Assembly: GCA_017438635.1 (NCBI GenBank)
Contig: JAFRUZ010000002.1
Coordinates: 67,232 to 131,231 of the forward strand
Source: Bacilli bacterium
Lineage (GTDB): Bacteria > Bacillota_I > Bacilli_A > RF39 > UBA660
Length of the DNA: 64,000 bases
Reading direction: 5' to 3'
The notes under the pieces were generated by a model. That model was not told the origin of the DNA and ran no database searches. It saw only the letters and a list, made by a program, of their open reading frames with translations. A program made the translations under genes and the position numbers. Shown piece after piece: positions 14,729-24,642 of this stretch. Position 1 is the stretch's first letter, and each line of letters starts with the position of its first letter.

Positions 14729-16693
14729 CTACACCTCCTCTACTGTAGGCACAAAAGCCCAGCCTTGTAAATCTCCCTCAGTTCTAGGTACTATTTTTAT
14801 TGGAGGCATAGCGATTTCCTCCTCAGCACCTAGTTTTTTAACTAAGGTAGTATCTTTATTTAAACTAAATACTTTGGTAATTGTTCCATTGATATTAGAG
14901 TATCCAGCAAACTCAAGAGGCGATACAACCGTATAATCTCCTAAGTATACACTAGATTTAATTAAAATACCGTCTAAGTTAATATTTACTTGAGTATTCA
15001 TTACCTCGCCGTTAGCTTGCGTCCATTGACTTTTATAGTCTCCAATAGAGAACATATTATCAGTAAAGGTTGCGTCGCTATCGGCACTACCGTAAAACTC
15101 TATAATATAATAATCGTCTTTTGGTAATAATTTAGATATTTCATACTCCTCATAAAAAACACTTTCTCCAGCTGGTATATCAATTCTATATTCCTCGTTT
15201 GAGTTATATAGTCTAACATAACAAGTACCTGTAGCATTTTTCTTTATTTTTGTACTAAAACTATAATATGTTTTATTTGGATCAGTTTCGTCATTTGCTC
15301 TTACTTTTATAGTTTGTCTAACTGTTTTATTATTTAAAGTAAAAATATGACCACTTAAACTACCATTACTCATAGCCTCACTACTTGATTTAATTTCTAG
15401 TGTTCCGTTTCCTGTAACCTCCCAATTATTAGGTACTCCCTCATTGTCATAAGCAAACATTACACTATTTTGTATTAAGTTAGCACCACCGCTACTTTGT
15501 ACTGAGTTAATGATATTATCGATATCTTGGTAAACTTTCGTAAACTTTTCGTTTATTTTACCGTTTTCATCATACATATCAGTAACTAAACTTTGTATGT
15601 TTTGTTCTTGCTTATCGACTATAATTTCAGTATTTTTAATACGTTTAGTTATAGATGTAGCATATTGGTATTGAGTTTTAGTTTTAGTCTCAGCTACTGT
15701 CTTTAATGTTTCTTTAATACCACCGTCAATAGTGATACTAAAATTAAACAAAGATGTATTAAACACATCTCCATATTCATTTATAATATCAAAACTATCG
15801 CCTATTTCATACCAGCCTAAGCCCTCAGTAGTTATTTCAAAAGGATAAAACTCTATACCGTGCATAGCGTTATATATTGGTACTAACGCATTATCACGAT
15901 CTTTGTCTATTATCTCGTTATTTTCTATTTTCCACTCAGTTAGTCCGTTATCTTCAATACTTTGTTCGTCTTGTTTGTAAATATTATCTTCCTGAGGCGT
16001 ACGAGATAAAACTACACTGTTGATTTCTCCATATTTAGGCTCTAATTTTAATTTAAACATATTGTCGTAAGTTAATTCTTCTCCAGTATCAGTTAAAGGT
16101 TTAAAATAAATCTTATCTTCGTCAGTAATAATTACTGTTGATCCTGTAACTTGAGCTATTTGTTCAAATATATCACGATAAGTTATTCCGTCTATATTTT
16201 CCCATAGTTCTTTAGTTATTGACCAATTATTCATAGCTGGTAACGTTTCATTTTCTAACGATAGACCACAGGCATTACATAACGCCTCAGTGTAATTAAA
16301 CAATGTAATTGGATATACAATATTTAATGGACCGTATGGTGTCATAGCATTTATCATTTTATCATATCCAGTTATCGTAGTTACCTCAGTATCTTTGACG
16401 CTAGTAGTTTCAGTTATTAAAAAACTACCATAATCTAAAGGCTCAAAAGTACCGTCGGGAAGCTTTACGCTAAACCCGACGTGTACCCATTGTCCTAATA
16501 GGTTATAATTACCTAGTATCTTAGCCTCTAGTTTTCGCATAGTTGTTTTACATAGTCCACTATCAGCACTTATTTTAAACTCTATTAGATCAGTTTCGTC
16601 GCTAATTTCTATATCGTCTCCAGTTATAAAAGCCTGTAGCTCTTTTACTGGCTGTTTCATAGCATTTTTAAAATCACTACTTACAGCTATCAT
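14729..16693 (-). CDS. tail-associated (Tal-like) baseplate/tip protein
   Basis: 654 aa. Immediately downstream of the tape measure and Dit-like genes, the conserved siphovirus order. RBS AAGGAGG. Confidence 0.6.
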   Translation of the reverse strand: MIAVSSDFKNAMKQPVKELQAFITGDDIEISDETDLIEFKISADSGLCKTTMRKLEAKILGNYNLLGQWVHVGFSVKLPDGTFEPLDYGSFLITETTSVKDTEVTTITGYDKMINAMTPYGPLNIVYPITLFNYTEALCNACGLSLENETLPAMNNWSITKELWENIDGITYRDIFEQIAQVTGSTVIITDEDKIYFKPLTDTGEELTYDNMFKLKLEPKYGEINSVVLSRTPQEDNIYKQDEQSIEDNGLTEWKIENNEIIDKDRDNALVPIYNAMHGIEFYPFEITTEGLGWYEIGDSFDIINEYGDVFNTSLFNFSITIDGGIKETLKTVAETKTKTQYQYATSITKRIKNTEIIVDKQEQNIQSLVTDMYDENGKINEKFTKVYQDIDNIINSVQSSGGANLIQNSVMFAYDNEGVPNNWEVTGNGTLEIKSSSEAMSNGSLSGHIFTLNNKTVRQTIKVRANDETDPNKTYYSFSTKIKKNATGTCYVRLYNSNEEYRIDIPAGESVFYEEYEISKLLPKDDYYIIEFYGSADSDATFTDNMFSIGDYKSQWTQANGEVMNTQVNINLDGILIKSSVYLGDYTVVSPLEFAGYSNINGTITKVFSLNKDTTLVKKLGAEEEIAMPPIKIVPRTEGDLQGWAFVPTVEEV

Positions 16694-16695
16694 AA

Positions 16696-17070
16696 CTAAT
16701 ACCTCCTTTTAGATACTGGTACTAAACTGACCTCAAAAGGTTGATAAAGACCTTTTGATTTACTCAAAAGGTCTACCTCATAATCACTAGCATAATACTG
16801 AGTACTTATAGTGGCTTGTATTCTTACATCAAACCAAGTAACAGTAAAATAATCTTGATCAAGCAAAGCCGTTAAGTTAGCCATTTGTGCTTGAGTAAGT
16901 ATACCTACTTTCATTATAATTTTTGGGAATACACCTATAAGGGAAGCTCTAACATCTCCCGACATATTACGATCAGCATTTTTCCAAAGTTTAGCACGTC
17001 CAATTTTATAATTGACGATATGAGGTACAGTTGTACCGTTTATTTTTACTAAATCTCCGCTATAAATCAT
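16696..17070 (-). CDS. distal tail protein (short Dit-like)
   Basis: 124 aa. ATGA overlap with the tape-measure stop. Call rests on position between TMP and Tal. Confidence 0.5.
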   Translation of the reverse strand: MIYSGDLVKINGTTVPHIVNYKIGRAKLWKNADRNMSGDVRASLIGVFPKIIMKVGILTQAQMANLTALLDQDYFTVTWFDVRIQATISTQYYASDYEVDLLSKSKGLYQPFEVSLVPVSKRRY

Positions 17071-19985
17071 AGATTAAAAACACCTCCGTTTGTTTCAAAG
17101 TTTTTATCTTGTATTCCGTCTATTACTTTATCAAGTAAAGTATCTTCCCCTATTTTTACTACTAACTGTATGGGTTGACCATTAGATCCTCCTCTACGTT
17201 CGTCGATTTTTTCAGCTAAGTCAGTTATCCAGTTTGTATTACGTTCAAGTGGCATTATTGCTTCTTTACCATTTTCTCCCACTTGAGCTAGCGTAGGCTT
17301 ATCGATAATACCACCTCTTGCTAACCTTGGTAAATTAAACGTATTTAACTTGCTTAAATTAACACCAGGCACTTTATTTATTACACCAATTAAACTATTA
17401 ACAGCTCTAATTGGAGAGTTTAATACATTTTCTATAGTGCTTAGTATTCCGTTTACTACACCTTTAAAGGCACCCGATATAACTTGTCCTACAGTTGTAC
17501 CAATTTTTTTGAAAATATTTTTTATTTTTGTGAAGATACCCTCAAAAAATGATACTATTGGGTTAAACACATTTTTAACTGTGTTATAAGCTGTGGTAAA
17601 TGTATTTTTAAAGAAAGTACCAACTGTACTAAATGCACCTTTGATTTTTTCCCATATATTCATATAAAAATTAACTATTGGGGTAAATACATTTTTAATA
17701 AGCGTTACCGCATTATTCCATTTTTCTTTAAACCAATTACCAACAACGCTAAATACAGTCTTTATACCGTCCCATACAAACTTAGCTATAGCAATAAGAT
17801 TTTCAAAAATTATTTTTACATTATCGATAGCCGTTTGAAATATGTTCTTGTAGAACTCTACTAAAGGAGCAAATAATTGCTTCAATGGCTCAACTATATG
17901 TTCTTTAAACCAGTCAGCTACAACTCCCCATATTTCTTTGATTTTATCCCATACTTTTTGAGCTACGGCTTTTACCTCGTCCCAGTGTTTTACTAATAAA
18001 ATTACTCCAGCAACCACAGCGGCAATAGCTGCAATTACAAGGGTAATAGGGCTTGTTAATATAGCCATAGCAACACCAAAAGCTGTAGTAACGGCTGTGG
18101 CTACAGCACCTATAACATTCCATATACCAATAGCAATATTAACAGCGTTCATAGCCACTGCAAAAACTCCAAGGGTAATAGCTAAGCCCTCTAATAATGC
18201 TACGGCTACTTCATTACTAGCTATCCAACTTAAAGCGTCTCCTATTGCTGTTAATACATCTCCAATAACTCCACCTGTCCAGGTAACAATAGGCTCTAAA
18301 AAACTTGTCCATAACCACTCAAATATTGGCTTAACCTCATTTATTGCTTTATTTACAATATTGATAGCTCCAGCTAATAAAGTTAAAAACCCAGGTAATA
18401 AATCGTTTATAACTATTTTACTCATAGGTATAACAGCGTGATCATAAAACCATAGTAAGCCCTCTCCTACTGTTTCAGTAAATGGCTCTAAGGCTCCCCA
18501 TAATTTATTTAGAGCATTAGAGATTTTATCAAAATTGATACTTTTAATAGCGTCGGCTGTTGAATTGAAAAAATGAGGTAAAGCGTCATTTATTACATAA
18601 GTAGCTAAAGGTTTAAGATAATTAGTTATAAAATCTCCCAATAGTCCACCAACGCCATTAAGTAAATAACTAATAGCGTCAGCTAAATTATAAAAACTAT
18701 CTACTAACGGTTGAAAGTTCATATCACTAGTAAACCATTTAAGAGCATTGAGCATTTTCTCATATAATTCGTCTACTTTTGTATTAGCCGTATCAATAGA
18801 TGTATCGAAAGCACTTAAATCTATACCGCTAAGATCTCCTACATCTCCTCCGCTGTCGTCGGATCCTCCACCACCCGAGTTATCGGTTGGCTCTTGCAAA
18901 ACGTTCATTTCGTCAAAGCTAGCCAAGCCGTTAAGTTCTTTTTTAAGTTTTTTAGCTGATCCTGTAGCCTTATCTAAACCTTTAGACGAAGAGGCTCCAG
19001 CACTACCTAAATTACCCAAAGAACTTGTTGTTTTCTTTATTGCAGGGGAAACTTTTTTTACACCTCCAAAAAGACTACTAATAAAACTTACCGCTGTAGC
19101 TATTACTTTAACAACAGCAACTACGTAAGGTACAACGGCACTTATAGCTCTAGCTATACCTTGAAAGAAACCAGCAATATTACTTTGTCCTATTGCGTTC
19201 ATAATATCAGCTAGTCCTCTAGTTAAAGCTGTTTTTACGTTGATTATAGATGTACGTACACCACCAGTACTATTACGAGCTTGTTCTTCAAAAGATTTAA
19301 AGCCGTTGGCACCACTTTGATTTAATTCTATAATCTTTTTCATAAACTCGTTCATTGATACATTACCCTTACGTAAATCTTCTCCAAGTTGACTGGCGTT
19401 AACATATCCCATAGCTATAGCAACTTGCTTTAATTGAGCTGGCATAGCTGTCATAGCTGTACGCCACTCCATCATATCGGGTTTACCTTTAGCATAAGCT
19501 TGAGAAAGTTGTTCTAGTGCTGAGCTTTGTACTTGAGCCGAAGCTCCACCAGCTAAAATAGCATTGTTTAAAGCCAAAAACATCTCAGTACTGGCTTTTA
19601 CGTTACCATTAGCACTTGTAAACCTTTGTACTGATAAAGTAGCTTCGTCTAGTCTAGTAGGTAGACCTATTAGAGCGTCGCTTAATCTTTTCATTGAAGC
19701 CTCAGCGTCTTCCGCACCTATTCCTAAATTACTCATAACTCTAGGAAAATTATTAAGAGCGTCTAGTCTATCTATTGCACTATCAGTATTTTGGGTAAGC
19801 AAAGATATACCCTTAGCCAATAAACCTGTAGCTATATTACCTTTAAGTACAGCTCCAAAAATGGATCCACTAGCTTTAGTTGCTTGCTTTTGTAAACCAG
19901 CTACTAAACTATTAGTTTGCTGTATTTCTTTACGCAACTTATTAGTATCCGCTGTAATTAAGACTTGTAACTCTTCAACTGTCAT
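17067..19985 (-). CDS. tail tape measure protein
   Basis: 972 aa. Helical N-terminal part, Gly/Ala-rich TM-like core, and repeated W/F-x-x-I/V-K motifs (VWDKIKEIWGVVADWFKE, VWDGIKTVFSVVGNWFKEK). Largest gene in the tail module. Confidence 0.9.
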   Translation of the reverse strand: MTVEELQVLITADTNKLRKEIQQTNSLVAGLQKQATKASGSIFGAVLKGNIATGLLAKGISLLTQNTDSAIDRLDALNNFPRVMSNLGIGAEDAEASMKRLSDALIGLPTRLDEATLSVQRFTSANGNVKASTEMFLALNNAILAGGASAQVQSSALEQLSQAYAKGKPDMMEWRTAMTAMPAQLKQVAIAMGYVNASQLGEDLRKGNVSMNEFMKKIIELNQSGANGFKSFEEQARNSTGGVRTSIINVKTALTRGLADIMNAIGQSNIAGFFQGIARAISAVVPYVVAVVKVIATAVSFISSLFGGVKKVSPAIKKTTSSLGNLGSAGASSSKGLDKATGSAKKLKKELNGLASFDEMNVLQEPTDNSGGGGSDDSGGDVGDLSGIDLSAFDTSIDTANTKVDELYEKMLNALKWFTSDMNFQPLVDSFYNLADAISYLLNGVGGLLGDFITNYLKPLATYVINDALPHFFNSTADAIKSINFDKISNALNKLWGALEPFTETVGEGLLWFYDHAVIPMSKIVINDLLPGFLTLLAGAINIVNKAINEVKPIFEWLWTSFLEPIVTWTGGVIGDVLTAIGDALSWIASNEVAVALLEGLAITLGVFAVAMNAVNIAIGIWNVIGAVATAVTTAFGVAMAILTSPITLVIAAIAAVVAGVILLVKHWDEVKAVAQKVWDKIKEIWGVVADWFKEHIVEPLKQLFAPLVEFYKNIFQTAIDNVKIIFENLIAIAKFVWDGIKTVFSVVGNWFKEKWNNAVTLIKNVFTPIVNFYMNIWEKIKGAFSTVGTFFKNTFTTAYNTVKNVFNPIVSFFEGIFTKIKNIFKKIGTTVGQVISGAFKGVVNGILSTIENVLNSPIRAVNSLIGVINKVPGVNLSKLNTFNLPRLARGGIIDKPTLAQVGENGKEAIMPLERNTNWITDLAEKIDERRGGSNGQPIQLVVKIGEDTLLDKVIDGIQDKNFETNGGVFNL

Positions 19986-20289
19986 TTATAACACCTCCCA
20001 TTTTAATTGTGTTACGACGACCTTGCTTTTCCATTTCGTCGTCGCTCATTGGCTTAAGTTCGGTGTCTTTTTCGGTAAACGGCTTAGTAGGATAATGTTT
20101 AGGATCATTAAAGGCAAAAGCTATATATTGTCCTAACATATAATTCAAGCCGTCTTTTTCTTTATATTTTTCTTTTTGTTTTTCATTGAAAACTTTAACG
20201 TGTTTTATATATTGTTTAACATCTAGCGACCAAAAATAATGGAGGTTAAGACCTATTTTTATAGCGTCCTCCTCCATATCTCGCCACAT
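19975..20289 (-). CDS. tail assembly chaperone-like protein (gp15-like position)
   Basis: 104 aa between the chaperone and the TMP. Weak RBS, so the start is uncertain. Confidence 0.45.
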   Translation of the reverse strand: MWRDMEEDAIKIGLNLHYFWSLDVKQYIKHVKVFNEKQKEKYKEKDGLNYMLGQYIAFAFNDPKHYPTKPFTEKDTELKPMSDDEMEKQGRRNTIKMGGVINDS

Positions 20290-20312
20290 ATCGCCAAAAT
20301 ACTCATATTCTT

Positions 20313-20660
20313 TTAAATTGCATTTTGTAATTCTTCGTTCGCTTGAGCTATCTTTGACGCTTTCGCTTTCTTCACTGTCTCCACGTCCAGCTCCCTTGAT
20401 AAAAAACCACCGTTAACTAAAGCCTCCATAATTTCTAAAACTAAGTCGTTTTTATCATTTTCTTCTAAATATTTATCAATAACATCTAAAGCAACGGATC
20501 TACTTACTCCGTGTACTCCGTTATCGTCAATTAGTCCTTTCATTAAGAAAGTTGCAAGCATATTTACACTTGTATCTCCAATACAGTTTTCTATTGGTAA
20601 GTTTCTAGCGTGTTCTATTTCGTCTACTTTTGTAGCATTATATTTTAAGTTTAATTTCAT
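20313..20660 (-). CDS. tail assembly chaperone
   Basis: 115 aa, acidic. Directly after the major tail gene. RBS AGGAGG. Confidence 0.55.
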   Translation of the reverse strand: MKLNLKYNATKVDEIEHARNLPIENCIGDTSVNMLATFLMKGLIDDNGVHGVSRSVALDVIDKYLEENDKNDLVLEIMEALVNGGFLSRELDVETVKKAKASKIAQANEELQNAI

Positions 20661-20712
20661 TTTAATATCCTCCTATTTCTTTAGATTTCCACTATATTAG
20701 TGGACTTATATA

Positions 20713-20751
20713 ATAAAAAAGCGGGAGACCAGTTAAAAAAACCGACCTCCC
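20713..20751 (-). terminator. rho-independent terminator after the major tail protein gene
   Basis: Minus strand GGGAGGTCGG-loop-CTGGTCTCCC (10-bp stem with wobble pairs) followed by GCTTTTTT. Confidence 0.5.
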
Positions 20752-20758
20752 ATTGTTA

Positions 20759-21196
20759 TTAAACGCTAGCTGACGCTGGTGTATAAGTTGGTTTTCCGCT
20801 TATACGTAAACTTGCTGTAAATGTAGCTAAGCCGTCTGGTGTTTTTTCGCCGTCTTTGAAAGATTTAACAAAAGCGGTAAAAGTCCAAGTAGCACCACTT
20901 GGATAAGTAACAACCCAGCTTTCTAAGCTTTGGCTTTCAGCTAAAGCAAGCATTTTTTCAACGTTAGCCTCACTCTTAATATTTCCGCCAATAGATACCT
21001 CTCCAGCGTCCTTAGATCCAGCTATAAACTCTTTATAGTTGTTTGGACTATCTAAATCAGTAGCGTCAATTTCTTCACTTTCAACACCTATTTCTCCAAT
21101 AGATGTTAAGTTAGCGATAGTTGTATCACTAGCTTCACTACCACTTTTAATTTTTTTCAAAGTAGTACCCATTGTACGAGTAGCTTGTCCGTTCAT
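20759..21196 (-). CDS. major tail protein
   Basis: 145 aa. TTIANLTSIGEIGVESEEIDATDLDS...YKEFIAGSKDAGEVSIGGN resembles phi13-type major tail proteins. Position agrees. Confidence 0.75.
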   Translation of the reverse strand: MNGQATRTMGTTLKKIKSGSEASDTTIANLTSIGEIGVESEEIDATDLDSPNNYKEFIAGSKDAGEVSIGGNIKSEANVEKMLALAESQSLESWVVTYPSGATWTFTAFVKSFKDGEKTPDGLATFTASLRISGKPTYTPASASV

Positions 21197-21234
21197 ATTA
21201 TTACCTCCTTATATAATAAAAAGACCTTATAGGT

Positions 21235-21567
21235 CTATGCTATTGTAGTAAATCTATTAGCAATATGATATAGATTACCAATATTTGGTACGTCGTTACT
21301 AAACGACATTATGTAGTTATTTCTACGCATTATTTCCTCAACCTCGGCTAAAACTCTACTAGCTGTAACACTATCCTCAGCCCATATATCAATATTTATT
21401 TCTATATCTTGACTAATTATACTATTATCAAGATCTACATTTACACCATTATTACCAACGCTAAATATAATAGCTGGCAACTCATTAAACGTAGTTGGCT
21501 GAGTTTGTGATACATAGTAATTAAGTGTTCTCAAACTTGTATAAATATCACTTTTAGGTAAGTACAT
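21235..21567 (-). CDS. tail completion / tail terminator-like protein
   Basis: 110 aa. Between the gp10-like gene and the major tail gene. RBS AAGGAGG. Confidence 0.5.
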   Translation of the reverse strand: MYLPKSDIYTSLRTLNYYVSQTQPTTFNELPAIIFSVGNNGVNVDLDNSIISQDIEINIDIWAEDSVTASRVLAEVEEIMRRNNYIMSFSNDVPNIGNLYHIANRFTTIA

Positions 21568-21580
21568 AACATTTACCTCC

Positions 21581-22051
21581 TTATTTACTATTATTTTTTA
21601 AATCGGTATGTAGAGCCTCTTTAAACATAGTCTTAATCTTTCTCTCATTACGTTTGATAGCTGGATACATATAAGGTTGAGCAACTTGTCCCTCAGTATA
21701 GTAAAACGTTTCTCCGTCGTCAGGTGTATATACCCACGGCGTAGATCTATACGTCAAAGTTACATTTTTATTAGGATAAGTACCAGTACCTTTTATACCT
21801 GTACCAAACTCTACAAACGGAGCATAGCTAAGATTTGTATAAACTTTACCTATTATTTTTTTACCCTCAGTTATTACTTTAGGTCTTATGCTACCAGCTA
21901 AAGCTCCTTTATCCACTGGGGCTAACGTTTTAGCTTGTGCGTGTACTAATAATACGGCGTTATTCATTGTTTCTTTTACTTTCTCAGTTTGAGAGATATT
22001 ATTAAGTTTTCTTGTTAAGCTTTCAATACCTTTAATAGTTATTGACGCCAT
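21581..22051 (-). CDS. HK97 gp10-family neck/tail component
   Basis: 156 aa. AKTLAPVDKGALAGSIRPKV...YAPFVEFGTG is a gp10-like pattern. Confidence 0.65.
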   Translation of the reverse strand: MASITIKGIESLTRKLNNISQTEKVKETMNNAVLLVHAQAKTLAPVDKGALAGSIRPKVITEGKKIIGKVYTNLSYAPFVEFGTGIKGTGTYPNKNVTLTYRSTPWVYTPDDGETFYYTEGQVAQPYMYPAIKRNERKIKTMFKEALHTDLKNNSK

Positions 22052-22383
22052 TTAACAGCTACAATAAGGATATGACTATCAGTAGGTAACACATCAGTAA
22101 CATTGTAAACAATATTATTGTATTTAATCATATCGTTAATACTAATATTTGTTTCATTATCAGCTGTTATTGATATATCTATCTCGTAGTCAAGTCCGTA
22201 CTCCTCTTGTATCTTTTTACAGTTTGAAAAACTTACATTACCGTTAAAGCTATCAACTACCGTTAAACCTCTACTTATTACGCCACCCTCAGCGTCAATA
22301 ATGTTTTCTTTATCCATTATTTCAACTGTTTTATCATAAAAAGTATTAGCTATTTTGGTCTTCATTGATTTTGGGATATACAA
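22039..22383 (-). CDS. head closure / head-tail adaptor protein
   Basis: 114 aa. TTG start 6 nt after AGGAGGG. Call rests on position in the connector module. Confidence 0.5.
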   Translation of the reverse strand: MYIPKSMKTKIANTFYDKTVEIMDKENIIDAEGGVISRGLTVVDSFNGNVSFSNCKKIQEEYGLDYEIDISITADNETNISINDMIKYNNIVYNVTDVLPTDSHILIVAVKWRQ

Positions 22384-22768
22384 CTTTAACCCTCCTATAT
22401 CTACTTAACAAACTACCAAACCCAGTAAACAACTCTTCGTCGCTTGCTGTAGTAAAGTATTTCGTTACCTCGTTGGCGTAGGATATAGACTGTCCATTAT
22501 CGCTAATACCACTAATAGCTTGGTCAACAGCGTTAGTACCCTCGCTAGATATTTCTATCTCTTTAAGGCATTTCTTTAACCCAGTATTAACTATATTAGC
22601 GAGTATACGCTCAATTTTAGTAGGTATAGTATCGCTGTTCAAGTAAAGTTGCACTCTATCCCCAACCTCTTCAATACAAAAAGTAAGTAAATTATTACCC
22701 TCTATTTGTAAAGTTGGGTTAATTATATGTATATATGCTTTTATTCTAGCGATTTGTTCATTGTCCAT
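22346..22768 (-). CDS. gp6-like head-tail connector protein
   Basis: 140 aa. Follows the capsid gene. RBS AAGGAGG. IKAYIHI...LLTFCIEEVGDRV resembles DNA-packaging/connector proteins. Confidence 0.55.
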   Translation of the reverse strand: MDNEQIARIKAYIHIINPTLQIEGNNLLTFCIEEVGDRVQLYLNSDTIPTKIERILANIVNTGLKKCLKEIEISSEGTNAVDQAISGISDNGQSISYANEVTKYFTTASDEELFTGFGSLLSRYRRVKVVYPKINEDQNS

Positions 22769-22807
22769 ACTTACACCTCCTTATTAGTAGAGACTTGTTA
22801 AGATTTT

Positions 22808-23650
22808 CTAAACAGTTCCGCTAACTGTGTTATTTGAGTATTTAATTAAGTCAGGCATAACAGCCTTTGTACCTTTAGAGAAGAATAACTCTAAAGCAAT
22901 ATCATTACTTAGTGGGATCTTTTCAGCGTCATATTGGTCAGTAACAACTGGTTGAGCGATAGCTCCGTCTATCATACATATCATATCTTTAGTTTGTCTA
23001 TGATTAGAGAATAATCTTACTTTATGGAAAAAGTCTTCTTTTAAGCCTGTTAAAGAGTTAGGTACACTATCAATATAGTTTAATATAGCTCCATAAATAC
23101 TAGGTTTAACAGTAACAACTAGTAAATCTCTATCTACTCCGTCTACCCAGTCATTTTGAGTAGTTTCAACGCTTTGGATAAGAGCTTCTAGTTTTTCAGC
23201 AATAGTAGAATAACTAGATAAATCAACACCTGTACCAGCTGTTTCAGCTTGAGCAAAGAATTGATTATCAAGGTAAGCTATCATACGTTTAGTATGATTT
23301 CCTTTTCTCTTTTCAGCCATACCGTCAAGACCATATAATCTAACATCTTTTTTAGCTAATTCTTCAACTATTTCTTTATCAGTATCAACGTTAACTGTTA
23401 CTTTACCAGTATTTTTTAACCCTTTACCAGCTCCAGCTGTTCTAGCTGTTCCTAAATCGTCAACAGTAGCATTTTTAAATCTATCAATTTCTACTGATCC
23501 AGATTTAGGATCTCCACTATAGTTTTTATTTTTAATTTGTTCACTTATAGCACCTTTTTGTACAGCTTCAATTACTTCTCCGTAAGTTTCAGCCAACTTA
23601 TCTAAAGTACTATTATCAACGTAAATATTTCTTGCGTCAGTTCTTGCCAT
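22808..23650 (-). CDS. major capsid protein
   Basis: About 280 aa. I prefer the ATG at 23650 (MARTDARN...), 10 nt after AAGGAG, over the track's GTG at 23656. Follows the scaffold gene. Size and composition fit an HK97-fold capsid protein. Confidence 0.8.
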   Translation of the reverse strand: MARTDARNIYVDNSTLDKLAETYGEVIEAVQKGAISEQIKNKNYSGDPKSGSVEIDRFKNATVDDLGTARTAGAGKGLKNTGKVTVNVDTDKEIVEELAKKDVRLYGLDGMAEKRKGNHTKRMIAYLDNQFFAQAETAGTGVDLSSYSTIAEKLEALIQSVETTQNDWVDGVDRDLLVVTVKPSIYGAILNYIDSVPNSLTGLKEDFFHKVRLFSNHRQTKDMICMIDGAIAQPVVTDQYDAEKIPLSNDIALELFFSKGTKAVMPDLIKYSNNTVSGTV

Positions 23651-23685
23651 AAACACATCACTCCTTTATAAATAATTTTTGGCAT

Positions 23686-24219
23686 TTAAAAAGCGACTGT
23701 ACCAGTATATTTTGGTTTGTCGCCACTACTATTATCATTAGAAAAATCTTTTGGTGGGTTTCCTTTTAATTTATCAGTTACCCCAGTCTCTACACTTTTA
23801 CTGTATGTTTTAGCTAGTGTATCAATTTTATCCTCCATTTTAGTAGCGTCTAAATCAACTACAAAGTCCACTAATTCAATAGGGATATTCTTTTTTACTA
23901 ACAGCTCTTGAGCCTTAACTCTATTTTCACGTAAAGTAATATTTTCTTCACGTTCTTTAAGTTCAGCCTCACGTTTACTCTTAGCTTCCTTTTCTCTTTC
24001 TTCCTCAGTTAATTTAGCTTGACGTCTTTCTTCGGCTATAGCTAAAGCGACAGCGTCTTTAATGGCTTGATCATTTTTAGCTTTTTCTTCGCCTCGGATC
24101 TTACCAGCTAAATTATCCATATCAGCTTGAGTAAAGGTTTTTGTTCCAGCTTTATTATCCTCGTTTGTACCAGTATCAGCTGTATTTACTGGTTGAGTAG
24201 TTTCTTTAGTATCTTTCAT
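23686..24219 (-). CDS. head scaffolding protein
   Basis: 177 aa from the ATG at 24219 (MKDTKETTQ...), preceded by AAGGAGG. Coiled-coil, charged (AKLTEEEREKEAKSKREAELKEREENI). The track's 213-aa version reads through a noncoding, terminator-containing region. Confidence 0.75.
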   Translation of the reverse strand: MKDTKETTQPVNTADTGTNEDNKAGTKTFTQADMDNLAGKIRGEEKAKNDQAIKDAVALAIAEERRQAKLTEEEREKEAKSKREAELKEREENITLRENRVKAQELLVKKNIPIELVDFVVDLDATKMEDKIDTLAKTYSKSVETGVTDKLKGNPPKDFSNDNSSGDKPKYTGTVAF

Positions 24220-24264
24220 AAAGATACCTCCTTTCTCGGTTTTACGCCTCTCGGCTATTTTTGT

Positions 24265-24289
24265 ATGAAAAAAGACGCCGTCGCGTCTT
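24265..24289 (-). terminator. rho-independent terminator-like hairpin 45 nt upstream of the scaffold start codon
   Basis: Minus strand AAGACGC-GACG-GCGTCTT followed by TTTTT. Confidence 0.55.
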
Positions 24290-24402
24290 AATTCCAATAA
24301 TTTATGGGAATAGCTCCTAAACCCCACATAAGCTACGCGTCTCGCCCCTGTTCATACTATTATTTTAAGTAAAAGAGGCAATAGTTCATACGGCGAGATT
24401 TC

Positions 24403-24431
24403 CAAAACAAAAGACGCTTTATTTAGCGTCT
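24403..24431 (-). terminator. rho-independent terminator overlapping the stop of the 70-aa ORF
   Basis: Minus strand AGACGCT-AAATAA-AGCGTCT followed by TTTGTTTT. Confidence 0.6.
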
Positions 24432-24642
24432 ATTCATCAAAATCGTCTACTGGTGGCTCTAAAGTAAAGTTCCACTCAAACTCTTCTCTAGTATAATCAC
24501 TAATTGATAAAAAGTGATTTATCATTTCCTCACTCCAAAGGCTCCTATCGTGTTGATAGTCTTCTTTTTGTTGATATATAATTTCCATAAAATCGTCTTC
24601 ATTAGTTGTCAACAATAATCTATCCAATATACTATTATCCAT
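24430..24642 (-). CDS. small acidic protein; candidate cognate inhibitor/immunity partner of the MuF C-terminal domain
   Basis: 70 aa, very acidic (EDDFMEI, EEFEWNFTLEPPVDDFDE). Start overlaps the stop of 24642..26177. Confidence 0.5.
   Translation of the reverse strand: MDNSILDRLLLTTNEDDFMEIIYQQKEDYQHDRSLWSEEMINHFLSISDYTREEFEWNFTLEPPVDDFDE

Noticed and set aside
19975-20345. Programmed -1 frameshift between the two tail chaperone ORFs (G/GT-like)
   Set aside because: The frame of 19975..20289 is closed by a TGA only four codons upstream of its ATG. It does not overlap the 3' end of 20313..20660, and I saw no slippery heptamer there.
24220-24327. N-terminal 36-aa extension of the scaffold ORF in the track (MGFRSYSHKLLELRRDGVFFHTKIAERRKTEKGGIF)
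   Set aside because: It reads through a terminator hairpin and has no RBS. The internal ATG at 24219 has a perfect AAGGAGG. I treat the extension as noncoding.
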